Origin: the human T2T-CHM13v2.0 reference genome, Homo sapiens
Assembly: GCF_009914755.1 (NCBI RefSeq)
Contig: NC_060929.1
DNA: 64,000 nt
Direction: 5' to 3' (one strand)
Positions 1-15,330 of this stretch are shown here, piece after piece (positions within the stretch are counted from its first letter, which is position 1; every line of letters starts with the position of its first letter). Below the pieces are notes generated by a model. It searched no databases and was not told where the DNA came from. It was given only the letters and a program-made list of their open reading frames with translations. Made by a program: the position numbers and the translations under genes.

Positions 1-526
1 TCTTAGTATATTTGGACATAACATAGCACACCTCTACCCTCACTCTTGACTCTAAATTTTAACCTGACCCTTCAGGTCACCTTTCTCTGAAGGAATATTT
101 CCTTAACAAGAGAACTGGTAACATTTCAGGTTGATATGGTGAAGGTACTTAAACGTGTATGAGCCTTGACACCAACGATCAGATTCTAACATCATGCTTG
201 ATACCTGATCCATTTATTCACACAGAAGTAAAATTTCAATAGAACACAGATTCAACTTTTAACACTGCCAAACATAGCTGCAGAAAGATGAAATTCCTGA
301 GTGTATTTGTTCCTAGATACTAACACCTTACCTATGAAAACAGTGCATTCAGTTGTTAACTAGAGCTGTGTGTACACTGAGATATGTTGTTTTTTTCCAT
401 TTGGTAGAAATTTGAAAAATTCAAACTGTGGGGTTGGATTCCAAACACATTGGGTCCTCTCTATACTTTAGTTCCAAGATATTTCATATTGCTGAAAAGT
501 TCAATTTTGAAATTTTCCAGACTCAC

Positions 527-746
527 CCAAAATAAGAATTGTGCAGGTAATCAATTGTTAGCAACAAAGTAAGGGCTGGTATAACTGCAGGCATGATGGT
601 GACCAATTTTTAGAGAAAAAAATAATTTCTTCATTGCCCCAAGTATTTCCCAACTAACTTTCATCATGGGCATATGCTTTTTCCATCTCCTGGGTCTGAG
701 ATCCCCAGTTGTAATTACTTCTTTGAGTTGGGTCTTAAAGAAGTCA
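527..746 (-). other. Candidate exon (220 nt) of a putative minus-strand spliced transcript
   Basis: Acceptor ctatgtctttttag|TGAC and donor TTGG|gtgagt on the minus strand, in non-repetitive sequence. No recognisable protein. Confidence 0.35.
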
Positions 747-789
747 CTAAAAAGACATAGCATAGAATTTTAGAAATGGCAGATATGCT

Positions 790-930
790 AGAGAGTATCT
801 AGCCCATTATTTATTTTGACAGACACAGAAGCTGAAGTCCAGAGAGGCCATGTGACCTGTGCAAGGTCACCCAGAGAAGCAGCAGTGTCATCCTTACACC
901 CTGATATAGAGTTTCTGAGTTCCAGTATTC
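790..930 (-). mobile_element. MIR SINE relic
   Basis: Reverse MIR core: ttttgacagacacagaagctgaagtccagagaggccatgtgacctgtgcaaggtcac. Confidence 0.7.
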
Positions 931-1007
931 TTGATGTATGTGCAAGGGCCAAACAGAGCTTCTGGCACAAAGGGGCCTCAACACAGATTGCTCACATCAC
1001 TATATGT

Positions 1008-1199
1008 TAGTGGTTCTCAAGTGTGTTTCACCCTTCCAAACAGAAGGATCAGCATCACCTGGAAACTTGTTACAAATGGGAATTATCTGGCTCCACCCAG
1101 ACCTAGTAAATCAGAAATTCTAAGGGTGGAGCCCAACAATCTAAGTTTTAATAAGCTTTCCAGATGATGTTCATGCACACTGAATTTGGAGAGTCATTG
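1008..1199. mobile_element. MER5A-type hAT-Charlie MITE
   Basis: tagtggttctcaa... agcatcacctggaaacttgtta... cccagaccta... aatcagaaattct... gagagtcattg, with degenerate terminal inverted repeats. Confidence 0.8.
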
Positions 1200-1319
1200 C
1201 TCCAAGTGAGGCTTTTCATCCCCTTCCCTATGTCAGGGTGCTTTATCCCTATTCTCACCAGAAGCCTGACACAGTAAAGAATTTACTTTTACTGAAACTT
1301 CGTATGAAATGTGTTAATA

Positions 1320-1476
1320 TCTCTCAAACTTTAATATGAATAATAATTATTTGGGAGTCTGTTAAAAAGCAGATTTGGATTCAGTAGGTCTGGGTAGGAC
1401 CCGAGATTCTGCATTTCTAACACACTCAGGTGTGACGTTAATATTACTGGCAAGGACCATACTTAGAGCAGCAAGG
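1320..1476. mobile_element. MER5-family MITE (MER5A1/MER5B-like)
   Basis: gttaaaaagcagatt... gattcagtaggtctggg... gagattctgcatttctaaca... ggaccatactt. Confidence 0.7.
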
Positions 1477-2703
1477 TGGTATAGTTCATTAGCCTCAACT
1501 CATATCAAAATTTGGGGCCAAGTATCTTGGATTGAGGATGAGTGAATACTGTTATCCCACCATTTATGTGCTCTTTCATTGTGTCAGTATCACTGACGTC
1601 CCAGAGTCCTCCATAAAGAAACCTTTATCTTGAACACGTTAGTAGTTATGAGGTAGCTGTCTAGTCACAGTTGTTGTGCTTTTAGAACAAGGAATAGGAC
1701 TGAGGAGGACCTGGGGGAGTTTAGGGCTTCAGTCAAAGCAGCAGCCTGAAAGAACAATGTTCTCAGGAGTCTCTGAGTCCCTGCGAGAGAGTTCGGGAGA
1801 AGAGACATGGTGCCAAAAAAGGAAAGTTGGGAGGCACCTATAACAAGCACAACTGACTTCACCATTTTGCCAAGGGCCAGCTCAGGGCAGTGGTGACAAA
1901 GAATGTCATTTAACTCTACATAATTTTATTTGAGGCAGGGACAAAACCGAGCATGACAGAATGCCTTCATCCAGGCTGTTTCAATTTTTATCTTAAAACC
2001 ACCCTGTGTTGTGATACACAGTGACCTCAGCTCCGCCTTATTTTCCTTTTTCTTATTTATATTGGTAACTTTCATGAGAAAAATATTTTCTCCACAGTTC
2101 TTAATAAAGAAGCAGCCCAAGTGCCCAAAGTCCAAAAATGCTGTTGGATTATATGCAAGGCAGCATATGACACCGTGAATTATTGATTGATGTCCCAGTG
2201 ATGGATAAATGTGTACTGTGTTAGAAGGCTCAGCACCAGCATGACAACAGGGCAAGAAAGGCTTCCACTATCTAAGAGTTGTAGGCACTAACAAAGGGAC
2301 TTATCCTCTCTGGTTCACAGGCCTCCATTTTATCCTGAGTTTGCACACTGCTTCTTGCTCCTGACTTGCACATCTGGACATTTCCTGGCATTTGTATAGC
2401 ACAAAGGTCAGATGGACATCATGATTAAAACCTCATTCATGGGAGAGAATGCGAGGGCAGGTCCCTGACTCCCATTCATGGACAAATTGAAAGCTAGACA
2501 CACTGTGGTTCACTCAGAGAAGATTCAGTGTCACAGGCCAAATTACTACTGCTCTCCTGGCTGACCCCACGTAATAGGTCTCAATACAATGATATCCCAG
2601 AGCATATTAATGAGGATGGCCCCCATCTTCCAACAGAGTAAGACTTCTAATGCCAGGTGGTCTCTGTGTCAAGAACAAAGTAGGAAAATATCACCTGTCT
2701 TAC

Positions 2704-2774
2704 CTTCCAAGTGAATTGGATAACAATGAATTTGTTGGCACATTAAATTTAGTTGAATTTCACTATTTCTGTTG
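2704..2774 (-). other. Candidate exon (71 nt)
   Basis: Strong acceptor tttatttattttgtag|CAAC and strong donor GAAG|gtaaga. Confidence 0.45.
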
Positions 2775-2793
2775 CTACAAAATAAATAAATGA

Positions 2794-3136
<343 letters not shown>

Positions 3137-3957
3137 TGGTTGCTCTGTATTATGTTAGTTGGTGACTTGAATTTCTTATGAGCCTAGAACCCTGAATTTA
3201 TTCTCCTTGGTGGTGGTTCAGCAGCTGACATTTATGTCAATTCTTTCCCAGGCCAAAAGAGTCTCTTTGCCTTTCCAAATATTCTGCCAGGCTCCATCAG
3301 GGAATTCTGGATGATGCAGAAGATTCAGGAAGTGAATTGAGGCTGCCAGGAATCTTCCTCCAGGTTAATCATCCCTGTAGACTAAAGAAGCAGGCAGGCT
3401 GGCTGAGTAATGCAGATAAGCAGATGGCATGGGCACAAGTTAAATGAGCTGCATATTGGCTTCCAAGTTCTCTTGCAACCAATGCCATCAAAACAACGTG
3501 ATATTGCTGCAGATTTCATTATCAACTTTATGAACACCATCATGAGAGAGAAGGGGAGGATGAATTCAACACTTCATTATCTTTTAAATGTGAAATTCCT
3601 TTTGACAACACACATCAAAAATAGTTAAGAAAATAAAATCTTAAAGATATTTTCCAGTATGTTCTTAAATTTCATAATTTTTAAAATATTTTTTATGGAG
3701 ATGATTAGGATTCCAAGTAATGTCTTAAAATTGAAGACGGTTATTCAAGGCAAATAGGGCCAAACACTATATAAAATTTTTTACTATGCAGTTACTAATA
3801 GACAAAAAAGATTTTATCTGGTTGTAGATAGATGAGCTTAGGAAATGAAAGAAAAAAAATTACACATTTCAGCATAATGGAAAACACTGTTTCTTCCTAG
3901 GGAGTCCCATGATTTTAGCCTATCTCAATAAGTTCACAAATACAAAATAACTTTAGG

Positions 3958-4445
<488 letters not shown>

Positions 4446-4869
4446 TTAATCACTTTATGAAAAGAGTTGAAAAGAAAAATGTTTTGTTTGTCTTCATGTA
4501 TGTTGTTTCTCACTCTGAAGCACCAAAAGCGGCCAAGTACCATAACCAATAGGAAAGGATCCAGCCCTTTAATACACAATGAGATACACTGAGATTTATA
4601 GGTCCTGATACTGAACATTCTTACTTAGTACTAGAGAAATTATCTATGTCATTATAAAGGCTTTACTATTACCTTGAAAATCTGTAAAGTCTAGAGCAAA
4701 GTGGAATTTTTGCAAAAAAAAAAAACAACAACACAGCAATCACAAGTAGGATGTTTCAAGAACTAGGGAATCCATATAGCAAGCAAAAGTCGGCATGACT
4801 TTAGGGAGTATGTTCTGCCAAAATACAATCTTTCTACAAACCAAATGTATTACATAAAAGCAAGCAGTA

Positions 4870-4950
4870 TTCATTGATTCCATTGATTTGTCCACAAAAT
4901 TTTGTCGAGCATCTGCTATATGCGAATATTCTGTTGGATGCTGGAGATAC
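4870..4950 (-). mobile_element. L2 3' end fragment
   Basis: tcattgattccattg... ttgtcgagcatctgctatatgc... gatgctggagatac resembles the reverse L2 tail. Confidence 0.55.
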
Positions 4951-4999
4951 AAATGTATACAAATGATACATCTATTATTTTTGCCTATGCAGCAAACAT

Positions 5000-5500
5000 T
5001 TTTCTTTCTTTGGATAACAGCACTCTGTTTCCATGAGGAATTACTTCATACCTATGCTTATCAGAACAATGAAAGCCCATCACCGTCCTCCCCCATCATC
5101 ATCATCACAGAAGTGGACACTTGGCCCATGGTAGGCCAGCCAGAGTACCCACTTTCCCTGGAGACAGTAATAATTGGCCTACAGATGGGAATATGTCTTA
5201 GGCCAGGCCAGTTAAAGCCTTGATGTTGAAAGGACACAATCCCTAAACTGCTGTTTACCATAGCTGCCAAAACATGAAAGTGTTTATGAGAACAAAACTG
5301 TTAGTGAGAGGTGAGAAAGATAGAGACAGAGGGTGCTGATGACATTCAAGTCCCTGAAGTCATCAGAATTTCTAGAGCAGCTAAATATTCTGTAACTTTT
5401 CCTTCAGTTCTGTGAGCTACACCTGTGGCTTTGCAAATAATTTTCCTTTGTGTTACATTTAGTTTGATTTGGGTTTCTGTCTCTTAAAACCAGAAAAGCT
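5000..5500. mobile_element. Old MaLR (MLT1-like) LTR
   Basis: MLT1-like motifs ggcccatggtaggccagccagag, ggccaggccagttaaag and ttgggtttctgtctctt. Subfamily uncertain. Confidence 0.45.
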
Positions 5501-5612
5501 CTGGTTACTTAAACCGGGATGCCAAACAGTTTATTTTCTTCTGATATTATAATCTAGTGGGAAAAATTACAATTAAATAATAAGTAAACCTGTAGTTCAA
5601 GGTGTGGTAGCA

Positions 5613-7913
5613 CAGGCATACCTCTGAGATAGTGCAGGTTTAGTTGTAGACCACCACAATAAGGCAAGTATTACAATAAAGCAACTCCACACCACTTTTG
5701 GTTTCCCAGTGGATACAAAAGTTTTGTTTACACTAGACTGGAGTCTATTAAGTGTGCAACAGCATTTTGTCTAGAAAAACAATTTACATACCTTAATTTA
5801 AAAATACCATATTGCTAAAAATAAAAAAGCTAACAATCCGAGCCTTCAGTAAGTCATAATCTTTTTGCTGGTGGAGGGTCTTGCCTTGATGTTGATGGCT
5901 GCTGGCTGGTAAGTGTGGCTGCTGGCAATTTCTGAAAATAAGACAATGATGAAGTTTGCCACACTGACAGACTCTTTGATTCATGAAAGATTTCTCTGTA
6001 GGAAGCAATGCTATTTGATAGCATTGTATCCACATTAGAACTTCTTTCAAAATTGGAGTCAATCCTCTGAAACCCTGATGCTGCTTTATCAAGTTTATGT
6101 AATATTCCTAATCCTTTGTTGTCATTTCAACAATGTTCACAGCATCTTGACCAGGAATGGATTCCATCTCAAGAAACCACTTTCTTTGGTCATCCATAAG
6201 AAGCAACTCTTCATCCATTCAAGTTTCATCAACGATTGTAGCAATTCAGTCACATCTTCAGGCTCTACTTCTAATTCTAGTTCTCTTGCTATTTCTACTA
6301 CATCTGCAGTGACTTCCTCCACTGATGTCTTGAACATCTATAAGGTTTAGAATCAACTTCTTCCAGACTCCTGTTAATGTTGCTATTTTGACCTCTTCCC
6401 CTGAATCAGGAATGTCTTAATGGCATCCAGAATGGTGATTCCTTTCCAGGATGTTTTCAATTTACTTTACTCACATTCATCAGAGGAATCACTATGCCAA
6501 CTATAGCCTCAAAAAATGTATTCCTTACATAGCACGACTTAAAAGTCAAAATTACTCCTTGAGTCATGGGCTCCAGAATGAATACTGTGTTAGCAGGCAT
6601 GAAAAATACATTAATCTCCTTGTATATTTGCATCAGAGGTCTTGGGTGATCAGGTGATTTGTCAATTAGCAGTAATATTTTAAGAGTTTTTTTTTTTCCT
6701 GAGCAGGTCTCAACAACAGGCTTAAAATATTCACTAAACCATGCTGTAAATAAATGTGCTATCAACCAGGCTTCATTGTTCCATTTATAAAGCACAGGCA
6801 GAGTGAATGTGGCATAATTCTTAAGGGTTCTAGGATTCTAGGAATAATAAAAGAGCATTAGCTTCAACTTAAAGTCAGCAGCTGTATTAGTCCCTAACAA
6901 GAGGGGTGGCCCATCCTTTGAAGCTTTCATGTCAGGCACTGTCTTCTCTCTAGCTAAAAATGTCCCAAATAGTATCTTCTTCCAATAGAAGGCTGTTTTG
7001 TTACATTGAAAATCTGCTGCTTAGTGCAATCACCTTCAACAATTATCTTAGTTAGATCTTCTAGATAGTATGCTGCAAATTCCACAACAGAACTTGCCAC
7101 TTCAACCTTGGACTTTTATGTTGGAGTGATGGTTTATTTCCTTAAACCTCATGATCCAACCTGTGCTAGTTTCCTGTTTTTCTTCTGAAGCATTCTCATC
7201 TTTCTCAGCCTTCATAGAACTAAAGAGAATTAGGGCCTCTTGCTCTGGATTAGCCTTTGACTGCAGGGTATATTGTTGCTGGTTTGGTCTTCTTTCTAGA
7301 CCACACGGCCTTTTTCCGTATCATCAATAAGGTTGTTTTGCTTTCTTATAGTTTGTGCCTTCACTGTCCTAGCACTTTGAATTTCCTTCAATTTCCCTCT
7401 ACATTCATAACTTGGCTAATTGATTAGTGCAAAGACATCTAACTTTCGGTTTTGACATGCCTTCCTCATAAGTGTAATCATTTTTAGCTTTTGATTTAAA
7501 GTGAGAAATGTGTAACTCTTCCTTTCCCTTGAACACTTTGAGGCCACTGTGGAGTTATTAATTGGCCTAATTTCAATATTATTTTGTCTCAGGAAATAGG
7601 GAGGCCTGAGAAGGGAGAGATAGGGAAATTTCCAGTCTGTGGAGCAGTGAATTAAGTTTGCAGTCTCACATGGGTATGGTTTATGGCACTTCAAAGAAAT
7701 TGCAATTGCAATATCAAAGATCACTGATCACAGATCAGTATAACAGATACCATAATAATTAAAAAGTTGGAAATGTTTCAAGAATTACCAAAATGTGACA
7801 CAGAGGCATAAAGTGAGCCCATGCTGTTGGAAAAATGGTGCCAATAGACTTGCTCAACACAGGGTTGCTACAAACCTCAATTTGAAAAAAGCACAATACA
7901 ACAAATATGCCTG
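5613..7913 (-). mobile_element. Tigger1 DNA transposon (TcMar/pogo), near full length
   Basis: TIRs caggcatacctc (5613) and atatgcctg (7913) followed by TA. About 2.3 kb. Transposase fragments on the minus strand. Confidence 0.95.
6137..7545 (-). pseudogene. Disrupted Tigger1 (pogo/CENP-B-like DDE_1) transposase
   Basis: ORF pieces [66 protein letters not shown] and [34 protein letters not shown], broken by frameshifts and stops. The catalytic DQG reads TQG. Confidence 0.9.
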
Positions 7914-8329
7914 TATTGTGAAGGGACGTGACACAGATTCTAACACTCCACATAGCACAGTCATTAGAAACCTAGAAAACAAACTTGAAATTAGTGCTAA
8001 GCGACCCGCAAACTCTACCAGTCTTACAACATGACCTGAAGTTTAATTTCAGAAGTCTTTTTAGAGATGACTGGTTTCAATCTGTTAGGCTCAGGAGCCC
8101 CATGGTAACTCTGGCAGACAAAGGGTAATGGTCAGTTAATTTGCCTGACAGGCAACTGTGCTTTCTCCAGGGAATGTGTTAGTGGCAAACTGGCCATCAG
8201 CCTGAAAGAGTTATTGTTGGCAATTAAAATAAAGAATTAAACATTTATTCCACCTTCCCTTGAAGAAATATATTTGGAGGTAACCATATAGTCTAGTTAA
8301 CCAGAGGAAAAACTTTCCTTACAGAATAA

Positions 8330-9510
<1,181 letters not shown>

Positions 9511-12131
9511 TTTTGTTTTGTACAGAAAAAGCATCTCTAATTTAACAAGCGTAATATTGAGAATCACTGTGAGATAAAACATATATTGCAATTAAGCAAC
9601 TTAAAAGTCAGTCAAGAGAAAACAAGAGAAGCCAGCTTTCCAAAATATCTTACTCAATAACAAAAAATAACCAGAGCACTGCACCAAGATACTGCACTGT
9701 GTGACAATTTTTAGCTTTTGAAATTTCATCCAGGAAAAATACCCTTTAGTCGCACATAAATAATAAAAGATTTAAAACACATGCAGATAACATCTTTCCC
9801 AATTAAAAAATATTTTTCATAAAAAGAAAACTTTATAAACTGATCTTTATATACAATCTTATTCACAAAAAGAAATGAATATAAACAAAGTCATTATCAG
9901 TGAAGACATATAGAGCAATTTGATCAAGAAAGAAACCATAATCTTTGTACATCAAAAAACATCAGGTTTGCAGTAAGAGATGTGGCAATTTTAAAGGAAA
10001 CTGAGATAAGCTCCTTGTTAGCAATGTCGTAGTTACAAAAGCAAAGACAACAGCCAGCAGATCTGCCCAGCATTTTTCCTTGAAATAAAATTTGAAATTC
10101 ATAAGGACATATTTATTTAGCCCATCAGAAGAATGTTATTTCTACAATGTTACATAAGACTTTATAAAACACGTAACACTGCTCTCTTCTTCAAAGAAAA
10201 GGTGGATGACTGTTCTCCATGACTTAAACACTACCTCCCTACTGGTCAAACAGTGACCTAAAACTCTCTGGGTGTCCCACCCATCCTGCACTCTGTAACC
10301 TCTACCTTGGAACAGTGGGTATCACATACATAGCTGTCCAACACTCAAAAATAATAAAAAAGCTTCTTCTTAAATTCCTCTCTTCTTTGAGGTAGACAAG
10401 AAATACTCAAAAAGGTTTCAAGTATTCAGGCAGTATTTCATTAAATGACAACAAAACAGACTAAAAACAAATTTGGCCAGAATTTTATCACTATTACAAA
10501 AACAAATAAACAAAAAAATAATGTTGCAGGCAGACATCTAAAGAAAATGCAAACAATTCTACAATTTGGCCCCAAATATTCTCTTCTTCTAAGAGAAGGG
10601 CTTTTAGTTTGGCACTAAATTGCTTATATAATGAAAATAACAAATTATTCCACAAGTCTAATGTGTGACAATGCTTGTTCCAATGGATAATGTATTTCTT
10701 TTGAGAAAGAAAAAAAACTTGTCTTGAAAAAGTAAAAAACAAAACAAAAGAAAACCCCAATCATTTACTAAAGCTAAGCATTAGAATAACATCTGTCATG
10801 TTTTTTCTAGTCTATTATGACTACAACTATTAGAAATATTGAATTTCACTAGGACAGGAATTTTTCACATACCTTAATGTTTCCTATCTCCAGGAGTGTG
10901 TCGAATTGGAAAATCTCCTAACCTTTCTCTCCTCCTCTTCTCATTTGTTTCACCTCCATGAGAAGAAGAGACGCTAATTTTTGAGACAGTGATAACAAGA
11001 TCCCCGTAACAGGGAGAAGGAGTGAATTATATCAAACATTTGGGGAAGATATAATGCCAGTTTTAAACAAACTATTTAAGAACATTGAAAAGGATGAAAT
11101 TCTTCATAAATATTTCCGTGAGGCCAGTGTTAGCCTGACCAAAATAAAACCCCCAAAATGAATAAATAAAAAGATAGAAGAAAACTAAAGACCAAACATG
11201 CCTCATAAACTTACATGTAAAAAACATGAAGTTTAATAAATCAAATCCAAAATTGTATTTTAAAAGAACATATTATAACCAGTGGAGTTTATTCTAAAGC
11301 CTCAAGTCTGGTTATACATTCAAAATCAATATAATTCACCATATTAACAGACTGAAAAAGAAAAATCAAATGATCATCTCAAGAGATGCAGAGAAAGCAT
11401 TCAACAAAATACAAAATCTTTTTTGATAAAAACTTTCAGCAAACTAAGAATAAAAGGGAACCTCCTCAACCAGTAAAAAGAATCTATGAAAACCCTATAG
11501 CTAAACTCCCAGTTATTATTTAAAGACTGAATGCTTTTTCTTTAAGATCAGGAAAAAGAAACAATGCCTACTCTTACCACTTCTATTCAAAATCATATTG
11601 GGGGTTCTGGTCAATGCAATAAGACAAAAAAATGAAACTTATCCAGGCTGGAAAATAATATATAAAATAGTAGTTTTTCAAAGATAACCTGATTGGATTC
11701 TGTAAAAAATCCCAAGAAATCTATATTTTTAATGTCTTAGAACTAATGAGTTTAACAAGGTGGGAGGATACAAGATCAATATACAAAAATCAGCAATCAG
11801 AAATTGAAACTTAAAAATACTATTTACATAGCATCCAAAACTATGAAATCATTAAAGATAAATATGACAAGAGATGTGCCAGATTCCTACACTGACAACT
11901 GCAAAGCATTGCTGAGAGAAATGATTTAGGTCTTCAATTTCTAATCTACCATGAAAATTTCAGAACCTTTCCACTTTGATCCACAGCTCTCACCCTATAT
12001 ACAAATTAACTAAAAATTAATTTGACCTATTATAAACCCAAAGACAAAAACTGTGGAAGGAAACCAAGCAGCAGAAAATCTTTGTAAATGTGAGTTAGAG
12101 AAAGATTTCTTAGATACAAAATGAAAAGCGT

Positions 12132-13639
12132 TGAGAGGTGACAACATGCTAGCAGCCCTTGCTCACTCTCAGTGCCTCCTCAGCCTTGGTGTCCAATCTT
12201 GCCATGCTTGAGGAGCCCTTCAGCCCGCTGCTGCACTGTGGGAGCCCCTCTCTGGGCTGGCCGAGGCCAGAGCCAGCTCCCTTTGCTTGCAGGGAGGTGT
12301 GGAGGGAGAAGCGCGGGCGGGAACCAGGGCGTGCATGGTGCTCGTGGGCCAGCCTGAGTTGAGCTCCTGGTGGGCGCAGGCTTGGTGGGCCCCGCACTTG
12401 GAGCGGCCAGCCGGTGCCACTGGCCCTGGGCAGTGAGGGGCTTAGCACCCAAGCCAGCAGCTGCGGAGGGTGCTCCAGGTCCCCCAGCACTGCCGGCCCA
12501 CCCACGCCGCAATCAAATTCTCACCGGGCCTCAGCCACCTCTCTGAGGCGGGACCTACAGCCCGCCATGCCCCTCCCCTGCCGTGGGCTCCTGCAATGCC
12601 CGAGTCTCCCTGACAGGCTCCCGGTCCCATCGACTGCCCAAGGGCTAAGGAGTGCAGGCGCACAGAGGGGGACTGACAGGCAGTTCTGCCCGCGGCCCTG
12701 GCACGGGATCCACTAGGCGAAGCCAGCTGGGCTCCTGAGTTGGGTGGGGTCTTGGAGAACTTTTATGTCTAGCTGGAGGATTGTATATGCACCAATCAGC
12801 ACTCTGTATCTAGCTCAGGGTTTGTGGATGCACTAATTAGCACTCCGTATCTAGCTAATCTGGCAGGGACTTGGAGAACTTTTATGTGTAGCTAGAGGAT
12901 TGTAAATGCACCAATCAGCACTCTGTCTAGCTAAAGGTTTGTGAATACACCAATCAGTGCTCTGTGTCTAGCTAATCTAGTGGTGACTTGGAGAACTTTT
13001 ATGTCTAGCTAGAGGATTGTAAATGCACCAATCAGCACTCTGTGTCTAGCTCAGGGATTGTAAACACACCAATCAGCACCCTGTCAAAATAGACCAATCA
13101 GCTCTCTGTAAAATGGGCCAATCAGCTCTCTGTAAAATGGACCAATCCGCAGGATATGGGTGGAGTCAGATAAGGGAATAAAAGCAGGCTGCCCCACCCA
13201 GCAGCAGCAACAGGCTTGGGTCCCCTTCCGTGCTGTGGAAGCTTTGTTCTTTCACTTTTTGCAATAAATGTTGCTGCTGCTCACTCTTTGAGTTCACGCT
13301 GACTTTATGAGCTGTAACACTCACCGCAAAGGTCTGCAGCTTCACTCCTGAAGCCAGCGAGACCATGAATGCACCGGGAGGGATAAACAACTCTGGACGG
13401 GAGGAACGAACAACTCCAGATGCGCCACCTTTAAGAGCTGTAACTCTCACCGAGAAGGTCTGCAGCTTCACTCCTGAGGCCAGCAAGACCATGAACCCAC
13501 CAGAAGGAAGAAACTCCAGACACATCTGAAGGAACAAACCCTGAACACACCATCTTTAAGAACTGTAACGCTCACCACGAGCGTCCGCGGCTTCATTCTT
13601 GAAGTCAGTGAGACCAAGAACCCACTAATTCTGGACACA
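12132..13639 (+). mobile_element. ERV9 solo LTR (LTR12 family, D-like)
   Basis: TGAGAGGTGACAAC...CTGGACACA termini, 4-bp TSD GCGT, GC-rich U3, tandem CCAAT repeats, AATAAAA box at 13177, U5 repeats. Confidence 0.97.
12760..13190 (+). promoter_or_regulatory. LTR12 U3 enhancer/promoter (NF-Y CCAAT repeats and TATA-like box)
   Basis: About 8 ccaatc motifs in tandem repeats, followed by gggaataaaagcaggc. This is the established ERV9 promoter architecture. Confidence 0.75.
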
Positions 13640-14441
13640 GCGTGATGCATAAAAGAAAGTGTGAATAAATTTGTCTTTATCAAAATGAAAAACTTCTGTT
13701 CTCTGAAAAATGCTCTTAAGAGAGGGAAAAGACATGCCACGAACTGGAAGAAAATATTTGCAAATCACATATTTGGTAGAAGTCTTATAAATAGAAATAA
13801 AGAACTTTCAAAACACAAGAAAATGAACAACCCAGGTTATAAAAAGGCGAACAAGTAAGCTCGATGTCATCAGTCATTGGAGAAATGCAACTTAAACTCA
13901 TGAAACACCACTGCACGCCTATTTAGAATGCCGCAAACCCAAAATACTGACCAAACAAAGTTTTGGAGAGGATGTGGAACCACTGGAACCTGCCTACACT
14001 GCTGGTGGAAATGTAAAATGGAGCAACCACCTTGGAAAACAAGTTGCCAGTTCCTTATAAAGTGAAGCATATACCTATTATCTGACACTGCTGTTTCACT
14101 CTTTCAGGATGTGTTTTAAGCAAGGTTCCTGCCAATAATAAAGACACAAACTGGAATATATGTTTTTCTTCCACTGTGGAGATTGTCATCTGGCACATGA
14201 ACCTTGGAATTGTTGCAGATGTGGTATGACCATGAGTGATGATGTAACCACCAAGCCAAGGATGGCAGAACTCAGAGATGGAAAGCTTCAGGTGCTCAAT
14301 GGCTTAGCTGAGTCCTCAACTCACAAAGGTTTGTTTCTTGTTTTGTTTCTCCACATTTCTTGTCACATATGAAAATAATCCCTTTTTAAAATTATCTCCC
14401 TATTACTTTGGTTAGGCCTCTGATTATTTGTAGTTTAACAC

Positions 14442-14745
14442 TTTTTTTTTTTTTTTTTGGAGACTGGGTCTTGCTTTGTTGCCCAAGATGAAGTACAGTG
14501 GTACAATCAGGGCTCACTGCAGCCTCGACCTCCCAGGCCCAAGTGATCCTCCAACTTCAGCCTTCTGAGTAGCTGTATTACAGGCATATGCCACCGCATT
14601 TAGCTAATTGTTTTTTAACTTTTTTTGTAGAAATGAGGCCTCACTATGTTGCCCAGGCTGGTCAAAAACTCCTGGGCTCAAGTGATGCTGCTGCCTAGGA
14701 CTCCCAAAGTACTGAGATTACAGGTGCAAGCCACCACACCTGGCC
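14442..14745 (-). mobile_element. AluJ
   Basis: Diverged Alu with J-type tcactgcagcctcgacctcc and ctcctgggctcaagtgat. Confidence 0.9.
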
Positions 14746-15124
14746 AACTAACACACATTTAATTGGCACCCAGTTACTACACAAGTGAGCTAGAAAGAAG
14801 CCTCTATCCAATATATAACACTATAGGGTATTACTATTTCCCACATTTTTCCTTTTCCTTCACCACTTGACTACTCACCTATCTTTTCTTTTTAAACGCA
14901 CACTCACACAACTATAGACAGCAATGCTGGGGCTATTTTTTTTCTTTTGTTTTAATCTTCCCTTGTACTCTCTCATCTGAAAGTAATTTGGGAGCTCTTT
15001 TTCCTCACTGTATTCAAAAAGTTTCTAGGTCATTTCTAAGGAAATGATTTCTCCAAGTATGTTAACTTGATCCTCACTACTAGGTAGGCAGAATGACCAG
15101 GTGTGCTCTCTGAAATAGTAAAAC

Positions 15125-15330
15125 AATGATTAAGGTTAAAACACTTTGGAGTCAGTTTGCCTAAATTCAAATCCTGTTTGGCCATGAACTAGCTGCATGG
15201 CCTTGGGAATAAGCAACAACCATCTATCCCTGCCTTACTTTCCTCATCTGTGACAGTTAATGATAATAATACCCGTCTCATAGAGTTGTGAAAATTAAAT
15301 GGATTAATACATATAAGGTGCTAAGTCTAT
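15125..15330 (+). mobile_element. MIR
   Basis: ctttggagtcag..ttcaaatcctg..gctgcatggccttggg..tttcctcatctgtg..ctcatagagttgtgaaaattaaatg. A second, opposite-strand MIR follows at about 15345-15480. Confidence 0.8.

Larger units (their letters stand above)
11030..14100 (+). mobile_element. L1M ORF2/3' region relic, split by LTR12
   Basis: ORF2-like aatgatcatctcaagagatgcagagaaagcattcaacaaaat and ggatacaagatcaatatacaaaaatca. The L1 sequence resumes after 13643. Confidence 0.85.

Noticed and set aside
12760-13145. Regularly spaced repeats that superficially resemble a CRISPR array (also 20590-21040)
   Set aside because: These are ERV9 U3 enhancer tandem repeats without unique spacers, in eukaryotic DNA with no cas genes.
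12149-13740. Dense cluster of overlapping GC-rich ORFs (also 20200-21676)
   Set aside because: They lie entirely within LTR12 U3/U5. GC-rich repeats have few stops, and there is no protein homology.
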